A stretch of DNA of 64,000 nucleotides from Gammaproteobacteria bacterium. Its GTDB lineage: Bacteria; Pseudomonadota; Gammaproteobacteria; GCA-001735895. Positions 12,457-21,894 of the stretch are shown piece after piece; the stretch's first letter is position 1, and every line of letters begins with the position of its first letter. The stretch spans positions 42,048-106,047 of the forward strand of contig JBNKUM010000062.1 in the NCBI GenBank assembly GCA_050298595.1, written 5' to 3'. Below the pieces are notes generated by a model. It worked only from the letters and a program-made list of their open reading frames with translations. It made no database searches and was not told where the DNA came from. A program made the position numbers and the translations under genes.

Positions 12457-14274
12457 ATGTGTGGAATTGCGGGCGCTTTTCTGCGTGAAGGTATGGTATC
12501 TCCTGACTCGATAAAGCGAGCGACACAATCGCTGAATCATCGTGGTCCAGATGGATCTGGAACATTCCACGAGAATGGATTGGCACTATTGCATACGCGT
12601 CTTTCTATTATTGATCTGGAAGGAGGTAGCCAGCCGCTATTCTCGGAAGATGAAGCTCTATGTCTTGTCGCTAATGGTGAAGTTTATAACTATCTTGAGT
12701 TACGCCAGCAACTGCAAAGCCTGGGCTACTGTTTCACAACTCATTCGGATTGTGAGCCTATCATAGCTGCTTATCAGCAGTATGGTGAAGCATGCCTGGC
12801 TAGACTTCAGGGAATGTATGCTTTCGCATTATATGATCGAAAAAAGAAACAATTGCTAATAGTTAGAGATCGTTTGGGTATTAAGCCTTTATTTCTGCAA
12901 CAAGATGCAAAAGGTGTATTTTTTGCCTCAGAGATTAAGGCATTACTGGCTATTAATGAACAATCAGCACAGGTCAACCCTGCCGGCCTGGTTCAATTTA
13001 TGCAAAATAATTTTACTACTCAGGAAACAACACTTTACCAGGGTATACAGAGAGTGTTACCTGGTGAAGCGGTTTTGATTGAAAAAGGTCGTATCGTAAA
13101 ACGATATCGTTACTGGAAACCAGATCATGTTGCTCCTGTTAGATCTAGTGAATTTGATTTACAGCAACAGTTTAGTGAACTGATGGAGCAGGTGATGAAA
13201 ATTCATCTACGTTCCGATGTGCCTTTTGGCCTGTTCCTCTCAGGTGGCGTTGATTCCGCAGTTTTACTGGCGATGCTGGATAAATATGTAGATGGACCTG
13301 TTTCTACTTACTCAGTTGGTTTTCCAGGAGCAAGCGTGACCAATGAGTTGACTGCAGCCAACGCGATAGCCAAACGATACAATACTCAACATACCGTACT
13401 CGAACTTCATGAGAATGAGCTTCTGCAATCTCTACCGCATGCAATCTGGTCAGCAGATGAGCTGATGGGGGATTATGCCAATCTACCGGTTTCCTTGTTG
13501 GCACAGCGAGCCTCACAGGATTTGAAAGTAGTCTTTTCTGGAGAAGGGGGTGATGAAGTTTTCGCAGGATATGCACGCTACCGTATGCCAGCAATCAAGC
13601 GTTTACTGAAACAGTTGCGCTATCCAGGCTCTGGCGGCTTTCGCATGAGCAAAACCCTGAAATCGGGTTGGGAAAACCAGCTTTATACTAAACCCTTACT
13701 GGAAAAACATGCTGCCTGGTCAGAGCCATTTATATCCTGTTGGCAAGAGTTACCGAAAGATTGGCCTGTTATGTCGCGTATGCAAGCTGTTGATATGCAG
13801 ACATGGCTAGTAGATGATTTACTGGTCAAGGCAGATAGAATGCTAATGGCATGGGGAATGGAGGGGAGAGTGCCATTTCTGGATCATCGCATCGTTGAGT
13901 TTGGTTTGAGTTTACCTGCAGATATGAAGATGCAGGGTAAAAATGGTAAAGCCTTTCTAAAACATTGGGCACTACAATATCTGCCTAAAGAACATTTGTG
14001 GGGTAAAAAGCGTGGGTTCACTGTACCAGTGCATGACTGGTTATCTGGACCTTTGCTTCATGATCTTGCCAGGGTGCTGCCAGACAATACGGGTATAAAA
14101 TCCTGGTTTAATCCTAAAGCACTGGACGCATTAATAAAGCGTCAGCAGATAAAAGGGGATATGACACAACCAATCTGGCGACTATGGCAATTTGCTATCT
14201 GGCATAACATTTTTATCGAAGGTGATGGAAGTATGCCAGCAACGAATACCGACCCAATAGAAATCATTCAATAG
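12457..14274 (+). CDS. asnB: Asparagine synthase (glutamine-hydrolyzing) family amidotransferase, likely polysaccharide modification
   Basis: N-terminal MCGIAG (Cys1 Ntn), HRGPD, LSGGVDS, SGEGGDE, RVPFLD; adjacent to a glycosyltransferase. Confidence 0.92.
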   Translation: MCGIAGAFLREGMVSPDSIKRATQSLNHRGPDGSGTFHENGLALLHTRLSIIDLEGGSQPLFSEDEALCLVANGEVYNYLELRQQLQSLGYCFTTHSDCEPIIAAYQQYGEACLARLQGMYAFALYDRKKKQLLIVRDRLGIKPLFLQQDAKGVFFASEIKALLAINEQSAQVNPAGLVQFMQNNFTTQETTLYQGIQRVLPGEAVLIEKGRIVKRYRYWKPDHVAPVRSSEFDLQQQFSELMEQVMKIHLRSDVPFGLFLSGGVDSAVLLAMLDKYVDGPVSTYSVGFPGASVTNELTAANAIAKRYNTQHTVLELHENELLQSLPHAIWSADELMGDYANLPVSLLAQRASQDLKVVFSGEGGDEVFAGYARYRMPAIKRLLKQLRYPGSGGFRMSKTLKSGWENQLYTKPLLEKHAAWSEPFISCWQELPKDWPVMSRMQAVDMQTWLVDDLLVKADRMLMAWGMEGRVPFLDHRIVEFGLSLPADMKMQGKNGKAFLKHWALQYLPKEHLWGKKRGFTVPVHDWLSGPLLHDLARVLPDNTGIKSWFNPKALDALIKRQQIKGDMTQPIWRLWQFAIWHNIFIEGDGSMPATNTDPIEIIQ

Positions 14275-14281
14275 AATAACT

Positions 14282-15346
14282 ATGACGAAATCCATACATA
14301 TTATTGGTAGTCGGACGCTGGGGGGAGCTGAAAGTTTTTATATGCGTCTGATCAAAGCGTTACAACAATCAGGTGACCAAAGCCTCGCAATTAATCGACC
14401 AAATAGCCTGGTTGCGAAAGAGCTTTCAGGCAGTGTTCCTCAATATCATTGCAAGATGAGAAGCCAGTGGGATTTTTTATCACGCATGGCAATCAGCAGG
14501 GTCATCAAGCAGGAGAAGCCAGACATCGTACAAACCTATATGACTCGGGCAACCGTACTCACTCATGTCCCGCAAGGTAAAGGCCCTGTGCATATCGCTA
14601 GACTGGGTGGCTATTACAATATTAAAAGGTTTCAACACGCTCATGCCTGGGTTGGCAATACCAAAGGGATTTGTGATTATCTTGTTGAGCATGGATTGCC
14701 TTCGAGTAAGGTTTTTTATATTGGAAATTTTGTGGGTGAAATACAACCAGAGGATCAGAGTAAAATCCTCTCGAAGCGTCAACAATTTGGCATTGAAACT
14801 GATGCTCTGGTAATTTTTACGTTGGGAAGATTGGTATATAAAAAAGGTTTTGATACGCTGATTCATGCTTTCGACCAATTACCCAGCGAGATTAATGCTC
14901 GCCCATTACATTTGATCATTGCTGGTGATGGACCTGTGTCTGAAGATTTACACTCAAATGTCCAAAAATTGACGAGTCGAAACAGAATTCACTGGACTGG
15001 ATGGCAAACTGATGCGAGTGATTATTTTCATATGGCAGATTTGTTTGTCTGTCCTTCACGTGAAGAGCCATTAGGCAATGTTATTCTCGAAGGCTGGGCT
15101 TATGGTAAGGCTGTAGTCTCAACCAGGAGTATGGGTGGAATAGAATTAATTACCGATAATCAGGATGGATTATTAGTCCCCATTGATCAACCGGATGAGA
15201 TGGCAAAAGCAATAAAAAGAGTGCTGGAGGATGATTCTTTTCGAGAGTCTATCGCCCAGCAAGGAACGGCTAGAGTAAACAGCCAATTTACTCAGCAAGT
15301 CATCGTATCGCAATATCAGGATTTGTATCAGCAGTTACTGAGTTAA
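14282..15346 (+). CDS. Glycosyltransferase family 4
   Basis: GGAE N-terminal motif, GRLVYKKGFD, PSREEPLGNVILE (EX7E). Confidence 0.92.
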   Translation: MTKSIHIIGSRTLGGAESFYMRLIKALQQSGDQSLAINRPNSLVAKELSGSVPQYHCKMRSQWDFLSRMAISRVIKQEKPDIVQTYMTRATVLTHVPQGKGPVHIARLGGYYNIKRFQHAHAWVGNTKGICDYLVEHGLPSSKVFYIGNFVGEIQPEDQSKILSKRQQFGIETDALVIFTLGRLVYKKGFDTLIHAFDQLPSEINARPLHLIIAGDGPVSEDLHSNVQKLTSRNRIHWTGWQTDASDYFHMADLFVCPSREEPLGNVILEGWAYGKAVVSTRSMGGIELITDNQDGLLVPIDQPDEMAKAIKRVLEDDSFRESIAQQGTARVNSQFTQQVIVSQYQDLYQQLLS

Positions 15347-15546
15347 TTCATTAGTGTTTCAGAAGCCGATCAACTAGAAGATAAACAGCTAAAGATTTAC
15401 CTGTTTCTGGTAAACGTTGGATCGTCGTCTGGTATCAATGATGAGGGTATCGGCACTAAGAAGTAAATTATTTCAACTTGATTAATTAACCTATGTTAAT
15501 TATTATTTACTGGCTTAATCTACTTAAGTTGATGGATTTGTTTTTT

Positions 15547-15574
15547 ACCGTAGTGCTTGCACTACGGTTTTTTT
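15547..15574 (+). terminator. Hairpin terminator between convergent operons
   Basis: ACCGTAGTGC-tt-GCACTACGGT followed by a T-run. Confidence 0.7.
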
Positions 15575-15857
15575 ATCCGTAAAGGATAAAAGCAAGTGCA
15601 ATGGATGCTAGTAAGCCCAGAATTATGATGATCCAGTCCGAGGAAGAGTAGGAGTTATTGGTGGTTACTTCTCCAGTATCCTGATGGATTTTCATAAAAT
15701 TGCTTAGTTCCTCATGTGTCACACTTCCCTGTGAAGCAAGTTTTTTTAATATCTGAGACCTTACTTCCAGATATTGGGCTCGGGTTAATAAGCCATTGCT
15801 GTAATTTTTGACAAGCAGACGTAATGGGCTGGTTGTGTTTTCAGGTTCCTGATCCAT
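15573..15857 (-). CDS. Small membrane protein (SHOCT-like N-terminus, C-terminal TM helix)
   Basis: Starts 1 nt after the kinase stop; GLLTRAQYLEVRSQIL; hydrophobic tail WIIIILGLLASIALAFILYG. Confidence 0.75.
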   Translation of the reverse strand: MDQEPENTTSPLRLLVKNYSNGLLTRAQYLEVRSQILKKLASQGSVTHEELSNFMKIHQDTGEVTTNNSYSSSDWIIIILGLLASIALAFILYG

Positions 15858-15858
15858 A

Positions 15859-17880
15859 TCAATTGCTGTTCTGTGCGTTGATCTGCTTGTTCAGGCTCTG
15901 CAGGCGTGGATGATCAGGGAAGAATCTAAGACCTGTCTGTATGTACTCGGTTGCCTTGATAAAATCACTTTTTGCCAGACTTCTTTCGGCTTCTGACAGG
16001 TATAGCTCCGCAAGTTTCGGGTCTTTCAGTAGATAATGTTTGGGGTCTACTCGTTTCAGCAAAAGCAGTACCGTGGTCAAATCCTCACCGCTTTCAGATT
16101 TGATTAATTGTTTATTCTTAACATAAAGGTTATACAGGGAAATCAGGCTGCTCATCAGACGGTCTTTCTGTTCCTTGATATTGTCCTCAATAGTCGATAG
16201 AGCAACCGAGTCGGGATAATGATGTTTTGCCTGGGAAAGCAAGTTGAGTGCCTGAGGATAATCGTACAAACCTTCCTTAGGTCTAAATACAGTATTTATT
16301 CTATCCCGATAAAAGGTAATGATCTCGCGTCTGAGGCCTACTGATAAAATCTGTTGATGCTCTGGGCTCATCTGCTCAAGGCCCCAGATAGTTTCTATCA
16401 TTAATGCTTTGTCACCATTTTGGATGCGTTCAATCTTTTCGTAAATAGATTGTTCATCGCGAAATGCCATAATTGGTTCGTATCCAGCACCCGCACCGAT
16501 GATAGCGAGAAATAATGCACCCAGTATGATTTGTGTGCTATGTGACTTTCTTTGGCGAATACCTTCCTGAAATTTCGCTACTGAAGGGGTTCTATCTTCT
16601 CTATTCACGGATAGAGCTTTCACCAGAGTGCGCTGCTGGCGTCGATCCAGACCTTTAACCGGTTTAGGCTTTATACCAAGCTCCTTAATCTTGGGGGATG
16701 CGACTTTATTGTAAGGGTGCTTTCCTCCTGCAAGTAATTGATAGGCAACACAGGCTAAACCATAGATATCATCGCGCGGATCGGGACTCATACCGGCAAA
16801 CATTTCAGGTGTTGCGTAGGCTGGGGTTACTGCACTCAGTTTGCCGGGGTCAAACATGGTTTGCTCTTTTTCTTCTCCGGCAATAGTGCCAGCGCGTGCG
16901 ATACCAAAATCTAGTAATTTGACACTACCATCATTGAGTAAAAAGCAGTTACCAGGTTTGAAATCTGAATGGATCAGGTTTTTCTCGTGTGCATAAGCCA
17001 GGCCCAGGCAAAGCTGGTCAATAATATGTAGTGCCTGTTCTGTTTTCAGGGGTTTCTTGGTGAGATCCTTAATCAGCCGATTTAAGGGCTTACCCTGCAA
17101 ATATTCCATCGTCATAAAGACGGTATCACCATCACGGTCAAAATCATAAACTGTAGCAATATTGGGGTGCGCAAGACGTTGTGCCTTACTTGCTTCACGT
17201 TGTAGCGCTATAAACGAACCTGAGTACTTTTTAAATGCATCGGTTAATACCTTTATTGCTACATAGGGATCCTTGTCTTTGGCTTCTACTTTGAGCAGAT
17301 CTTTAGCCTTGAAGACGACACCCATACCACCCTGACCAAGTCTTTCGAGTAAAACGAAACGATTTTTTAAAGTGACCCCTGGCCCCAGGTTTTCATGTTT
17401 GACAGATGTTTGAGGGTAAGTTGGAGATGTATTCGTTGGGTGACTATTCGATATGTCTGTATCGATACTGAAATCGCCACTGATATCCAGGGTTTCCGCA
17501 TGGGGAGTTCGGCTCACGGGCATTGCGGTATCGGTCCGTATTATCACGGTTTGATCAGCTCTAGCGTCACTTTCTACATAGGCATCTGGAACATCGGTTA
17601 GATGCAGTGTTTTATCTTCGTTAAAGTAGGATAAGTCGGTAGATGCCTGACTGCTGGTTAATGTAGCCTGTATACTTAACTGCGATACGGTTTCTGACAG
17701 AAACTTGAATTGTTCATCATTAATTCTATTCTGGGTGTAAAGCTGCTTGAGATAGATAAGAGTTTGGGGACTACTACTATGAGAAGCATGGAAAATGGAT
17801 GTCAGACCTTCTTCCATGTCTTTACGACTCAATGTACCTGACAGAAAGTCACTAATGATTGATTCACAAATTTCAGACAT
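15859..17880 (-). CDS. Membrane Hanks-type Ser/Thr protein kinase with TPR-like C-terminal region
   Basis: LGQGGMGVVF, VAIK, HSDFKPGN, DFGIAR, TPAYATPEM; TM IILGALFLAIIGAGAGY. Confidence 0.93.
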   Translation of the reverse strand: MSEICESIISDFLSGTLSRKDMEEGLTSIFHASHSSSPQTLIYLKQLYTQNRINDEQFKFLSETVSQLSIQATLTSSQASTDLSYFNEDKTLHLTDVPDAYVESDARADQTVIIRTDTAMPVSRTPHAETLDISGDFSIDTDISNSHPTNTSPTYPQTSVKHENLGPGVTLKNRFVLLERLGQGGMGVVFKAKDLLKVEAKDKDPYVAIKVLTDAFKKYSGSFIALQREASKAQRLAHPNIATVYDFDRDGDTVFMTMEYLQGKPLNRLIKDLTKKPLKTEQALHIIDQLCLGLAYAHEKNLIHSDFKPGNCFLLNDGSVKLLDFGIARAGTIAGEEKEQTMFDPGKLSAVTPAYATPEMFAGMSPDPRDDIYGLACVAYQLLAGGKHPYNKVASPKIKELGIKPKPVKGLDRRQQRTLVKALSVNREDRTPSVAKFQEGIRQRKSHSTQIILGALFLAIIGAGAGYEPIMAFRDEQSIYEKIERIQNGDKALMIETIWGLEQMSPEHQQILSVGLRREIITFYRDRINTVFRPKEGLYDYPQALNLLSQAKHHYPDSVALSTIEDNIKEQKDRLMSSLISLYNLYVKNKQLIKSESGEDLTTVLLLLKRVDPKHYLLKDPKLAELYLSEAERSLAKSDFIKATEYIQTGLRFFPDHPRLQSLNKQINAQNSN

Positions 17881-18694
17881 CTTTTTCTTCGATCTTCGCT
17901 TTTACCAGCACTACCGTGCAATTATCACTGCCACCCATCTCCAGCGCAGCATCTATCAATTGTTGATTAGTTTGTTCAAGAGTTGATTCTTCATTATCCA
18001 GAATCTGAATAATTTTTTCATCGCTTAAATCTTTATAAAGGCCATCTGAACACAGCAAAAATAGATCATTGTCGTAAATTTCATAATAATCCATATCGAC
18101 GATAAGCTCAGCTGCGATTCCTACAGCATTTAAAACCACATTTGCTGCAGGGTGAGATTCCGCCTGCGAAGCATCAATCTTACCCATCCTGACCAGTTCT
18201 TCAACAAAACTATGATCTTCTGTTAAACGTTGAAGCTTTTTATCACGATATCGATAAACTCTACTATCACCTGCCCAAAGTACAAATACCAGGTTTTTCC
18301 AGTTGAACATACAGGCAACTGTGCTACCAATGGTGGACTGTTTGCCGAGCTTGAGTGCTTTTTGCTGAACCAGTTCATTACTGTGTATCAGATTTTCTTC
18401 CAGTAGCAGGATTGAAGCAGCTAGCGTGGGTTGTTTAATAAATTTATTTGCTTGCTGGGTAATAGTTGAACTGGCGAAGTCACCAGAGTCATGACCGCCC
18501 ATACCATCAGCAACAATCCACAGGTTCTGTTCGGGAAGGCAGGTAAAGCTATCCTCGTTACGCGTTCTGACTAACCCGGTGTGAGTTAGGCCAGAATACG
18601 AAAAGTTAAAAAATGCTCGTTCTGGTGATTTGGTATTATAGAGTGACAAATTTCGCCCGGATTTTTTTAGAGTATTCTGTGCAGATGTTATCAT
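17873..18694 (-). CDS. PP2C-family Ser/Thr phosphatase (Stp1/PppA-like); start uncertain
   Basis: GLVRTRNEDS, VADGMGGH, WAGDSRVY, LCSDGL, GGSDNCT. Confidence 0.93.
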   Translation of the reverse strand: MITSAQNTLKKSGRNLSLYNTKSPERAFFNFSYSGLTHTGLVRTRNEDSFTCLPEQNLWIVADGMGGHDSGDFASSTITQQANKFIKQPTLAASILLLEENLIHSNELVQQKALKLGKQSTIGSTVACMFNWKNLVFVLWAGDSRVYRYRDKKLQRLTEDHSFVEELVRMGKIDASQAESHPAANVVLNAVGIAAELIVDMDYYEIYDNDLFLLCSDGLYKDLSDEKIIQILDNEESTLEQTNQQLIDAALEMGGSDNCTVVLVKAKIEEKDV

Positions 18695-18797
18695 GCCTGA
18701 TCTGAAAACGAGTTAAAAAATAGTGAGATTTTTTAAATGAATGTAATGTTGGTGCTAACTATAATCAGCAAAAAAACCTATCAATCTCGGAGGCCTT

Positions 18798-19496
18798 ATG
18801 AAATCTGTAGTATCTATTGCCGGGCTGGCATTGATAGCAACTACGTCTGCGCAAGCTTTTGATATTGGTGTTGGAGTGAAAGCGGGTACGCTTGGGGGAG
18901 GGGGTGAGTTGAGATTGACGCTTACGCAAACCATTAATTCACGTCTATCCTTGACCAGTGGGAATGCTGGCTATAATGTAACTTTAGGAATCGATGATGG
19001 TGATACTGTTGCAACAATAGATGCAACTTTAGATCTGGATTTTGGTACAAGCGCACTGTTTATTGACTGGCATGTTTTCGATGGAGTGTTCTATGTTACG
19101 ACCGGATTGATAAAAAATAGTAACACAATTAATTTAGTGGGAAGCTTAACCGATTCGTCAATTACTCTAAATGGTCACCCCTATTCTGTTACCGACTTTG
19201 TTGACCCAACTATATCAGGAAAAATCAGTATGGGATCTTCATTTCAAACTTATCTTGGCATAGGTTGGGGTAGAAATGCTGATGATGATCCTGGACTGTC
19301 CGTGTCACTGGATCTGGGAATCGTGCTGATGGATCCCAGCATCGATTTAACGGCCCCAACAGTTACGAAAAGATCTGGACTTGATCAGGCCGTTATCGAT
19401 CAAGATGTTAATGCGGCCGAGTCATCTGCAAACAAACACCTTTCTGTTCTGGATACCTGGCCAGTAGTTTTTGTCGGAATAAATTACGCATTCTGA
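18798..19496 (+). CDS. Outer membrane beta-barrel protein
   Basis: Signal peptide (AQA/F), KAGTLGGG, YLGIGWG, C-terminal GINYAF aromatic end. Confidence 0.75.
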   Translation: MKSVVSIAGLALIATTSAQAFDIGVGVKAGTLGGGGELRLTLTQTINSRLSLTSGNAGYNVTLGIDDGDTVATIDATLDLDFGTSALFIDWHVFDGVFYVTTGLIKNSNTINLVGSLTDSSITLNGHPYSVTDFVDPTISGKISMGSSFQTYLGIGWGRNADDDPGLSVSLDLGIVLMDPSIDLTAPTVTKRSGLDQAVIDQDVNAAESSANKHLSVLDTWPVVFVGINYAF

Positions 19497-19559
19497 TTTA
19501 TTTAAAAAAATGCTAATATTGCAGCTATTTTAATCAGCCGCTTTTTTTGAGTTTAAGAT

Positions 19560-19838
19560 ATGTCTAGATTGGTAATGTGTAGTGTTTTAAAGCGTGAAGC
19601 CCCAGCGCTGGATCGAGTTCCTTATCCTGGTGATTTAGGGCAGAGAATCTTTAATTCCGTTTCTGCAGAAGGCTGGCAGCAATGGATAACACAGCAAACC
19701 ATGATCATCAATGAAAATGGACTGTCGACCATGGATCCTACCAGTCTTCAATTACTGGAAAAGCACATGCTCAGTTTTCTGTTTGAGGAAGGTGAACTGG
19801 CAAACCAACCTTTCAAACCACCTGCAGCGAAAAAGTAG
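19560..19838 (+). CDS. Oxidative damage protection / Fe(II)-trafficking protein (YggX family)
   Basis: MSRLVMC, PYPGDLGQRIF, WQQW...QTMIINE. Confidence 0.9.
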   Translation: MSRLVMCSVLKREAPALDRVPYPGDLGQRIFNSVSAEGWQQWITQQTMIINENGLSTMDPTSLQLLEKHMLSFLFEEGELANQPFKPPAAKK

Positions 19839-19853
19839 TAAAAATACCCCGTT

Positions 19854-21113
19854 TTATCTGGAGGTTAGATCCCATTTCTCGCTGGTGATGAATTTAAGTG
19901 CCTGGTGGGATTGTTTGAGTGCGTTAAAAGTGGCATCAAAATCAGGTGACTGAGCAAAGATAAAACCCAGGTAACTAGATCCTCTGGGTAGCGGAATCAA
20001 TTCGTACCCTGGCTGGATATGAATTTCTACATTACTGATATATTTGATCTGTTGCGCTTTAGTCATGCCTTCAACGCGTTTTAGTACACCATTATTTTGA
20101 ATGGGTATCATCAGCACACCGGCATAAAGGTCTGTACGCTTGAGCTTCACAAGCGGCTCGCAAGCTAATTTTATAATGATTTCTTCAAGTTTTACCCCCA
20201 GGACATATTCTATGGTTTGTGCGCATTGTCCACCGATCGTCCTGGAAGCTATTTCAATCAAATAAGGTCCCTTCTCAGTGATTCTTACCTCAGCATGAAT
20301 CGGCCCGTGAATCAGTCCATAGGCATGACAGCACTTTTCAATTTCACCAATAATCTGTTGTTGTGTGTGATCAGGCAGATTACTGGGCGTTATATAGTAA
20401 CTCTCTTCAAAGTAGGGGCCATTCAGGGGCTCAGGTTTGTCAAACATTGCCAACGGGATTATGCGACCCTCCTTAACAAAACCGTCAAAAGCAATTTCTT
20501 TCCCGGCAAGAAATGACTCAACTAGGAAATGACTCTTCTCGAACTCAGACCCATTTTCATTTTGTAAAATGTCCCTGATGGTTTCGGCGGCTCGGGTAAA
20601 CTCAATGACGCTATTAGCTCTAATCACACCGCGACTTCCTGACAGCATTAATGGTTTAAGGACTACCGGGTAGATCAGGTTTTGCGCAACTGTCGCGACA
20701 TTTGAAAACCGGCAAACCTGGAACTCCGGTACATTGCAACCTTGTCGTTTGAGACATTCTCTAGCGAGATCCTTACGGTAGGTAAGTAGGGATGACTGGG
20801 GGTCGTTGTGCGGAAGCTTGAGAGCATTCGCGATGCGACTGGTAATGGGAGCAACTGAGTCATCGGTAGCTATCACCGTTTTAATATTGAGGGTTTTGGC
20901 AGCGTTTAGGACGGTTTGAATCGCTGACTCGGGCTGTGAAAAATCAACAGTAATGCCACTGGCGATATGAGAAACTAAGGAGTGTTTACTATTAGAAACT
21001 ACCAGTAATTGGTAATTTAACTGTTGTACTGCATTGATATAGCTAGCTACGCGGTAGCTTAATGCAGGTGCAATTAGTAAAACAAACCCTGAGTGTAAGT
21101 CAGGGTCTGTCAT
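19854..21113 (-). CDS. ATP-grasp carboxylate-amine ligase of unknown specificity
   Basis: YPVVLKPLMLSGSRGVIRAN, LVESFLAGKE, GPIHAEVR, IEIASRTIGG; ATG 21113 chosen because the longer ORF overlaps the HesB gene. Confidence 0.88.
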   Translation of the reverse strand: MTDPDLHSGFVLLIAPALSYRVASYINAVQQLNYQLLVVSNSKHSLVSHIASGITVDFSQPESAIQTVLNAAKTLNIKTVIATDDSVAPITSRIANALKLPHNDPQSSLLTYRKDLARECLKRQGCNVPEFQVCRFSNVATVAQNLIYPVVLKPLMLSGSRGVIRANSVIEFTRAAETIRDILQNENGSEFEKSHFLVESFLAGKEIAFDGFVKEGRIIPLAMFDKPEPLNGPYFEESYYITPSNLPDHTQQQIIGEIEKCCHAYGLIHGPIHAEVRITEKGPYLIEIASRTIGGQCAQTIEYVLGVKLEEIIIKLACEPLVKLKRTDLYAGVLMIPIQNNGVLKRVEGMTKAQQIKYISNVEIHIQPGYELIPLPRGSSYLGFIFAQSPDFDATFNALKQSHQALKFITSEKWDLTSR

Positions 21114-21153
21114 TGAAGAGTTTATTGGTGAAAAACCTGGGAGGTATTCGTAA

Positions 21154-21591
21154 TCAGGCGCAACCGCCACCAGCAGAACCACAGGATCCACAGGTGCCCG
21201 AGCCACCTGTTTCGGCGAAAACATTATTGAATACAAATCGCTCGCGTCCAATTTCTTCGATATAGTCGATCTGAGCACCACGCAGATAATTTAGTGCAAC
21301 TACATCAACCATCACTTTGAAACCATCAAATTCCTGAACGGTATCAAATTCGGTAATCTGGTCAGTAAAGGTCATACCATAAGACATGCCGCCACAACCG
21401 CCGCCACCGACGTAAATACGGATGCCTTCGACATCATCTTCAGATTGACTCACGATTTCAGCCAGTTTGGATTGAGCCGATGCTGTCACTTCAAGATCAC
21501 TTTCGGTCAGTTTAGTACTGAATATATCCGAAATAGAGGCTTCGGATGCATTGTTTGCTGCAGGTGGGGTATAGATTCCAACTTCGGACAT
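21154..21591 (-). CDS. HesB/IscA-family Fe-S carrier protein with atypical Cys tail
   Basis: IRIYVGGGGCGGMSYGMTF, YLRGAQIDY, C-terminus CGSCGSAGGGCA. Confidence 0.88.
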   Translation of the reverse strand: MSEVGIYTPPAANNASEASISDIFSTKLTESDLEVTASAQSKLAEIVSQSEDDVEGIRIYVGGGGCGGMSYGMTFTDQITEFDTVQEFDGFKVMVDVVALNYLRGAQIDYIEEIGRERFVFNNVFAETGGSGTCGSCGSAGGGCA

Positions 21592-21894
21592 AATAATTTA
21601 CCTAACTCTATGTGTTTGAACGGATATTAGCATATCAAGGGACCTGGATGACAATGCTATTAGCATCTTTACAAAGGCATATTATATACAAATATGCTTT
21701 TAATATTCCCTGAAAAACGTAGTGATAGTCTATGTTGGGCTTGATTTGGTTATTTCAAGCATTGTCTAAGGTTCGCGCTATAGTGCTATTGCCTGATCTG
21801 TTTTACAATACGCCGCTTTCTCATTCGCGGTCGTAACTGTTTTTAATAGCATTGTTATGGTCACCTGCTTACCAGAATTAATTGATACGATAAT

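Noticed and set aside
15347-15546. Short open frame (..KQLKIYLFLVNVGSSSGINDEGIGTKK) as a gene remnant
   Set aside because: No start codon or SD and no recognisable family
15573-15650. C-terminal TM of the 94-aa protein as a GlyGly- or PEP-CTERM sorting signal
   Set aside because: No GG or PEP motif, no basic tail and no N-terminal signal peptide
21114-21281. 56-aa N-terminal extension of the ATP-grasp ORF
   Set aside because: Overlaps the HesB gene in another frame; ATG 21113 is more plausible
12247-21894. Integrative element or prophage at tRNA-Pro
   Set aside because: No integrase, transposase or phage genes and no distal direct repeat of the tRNA 3' end seen
21810-21894. FMN or ZTP riboswitch ahead of the nrdR-rib operon
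   Set aside because: Only a GU-rich hairpin beginning GGTCGTAAC; conserved aptamer cores are absent
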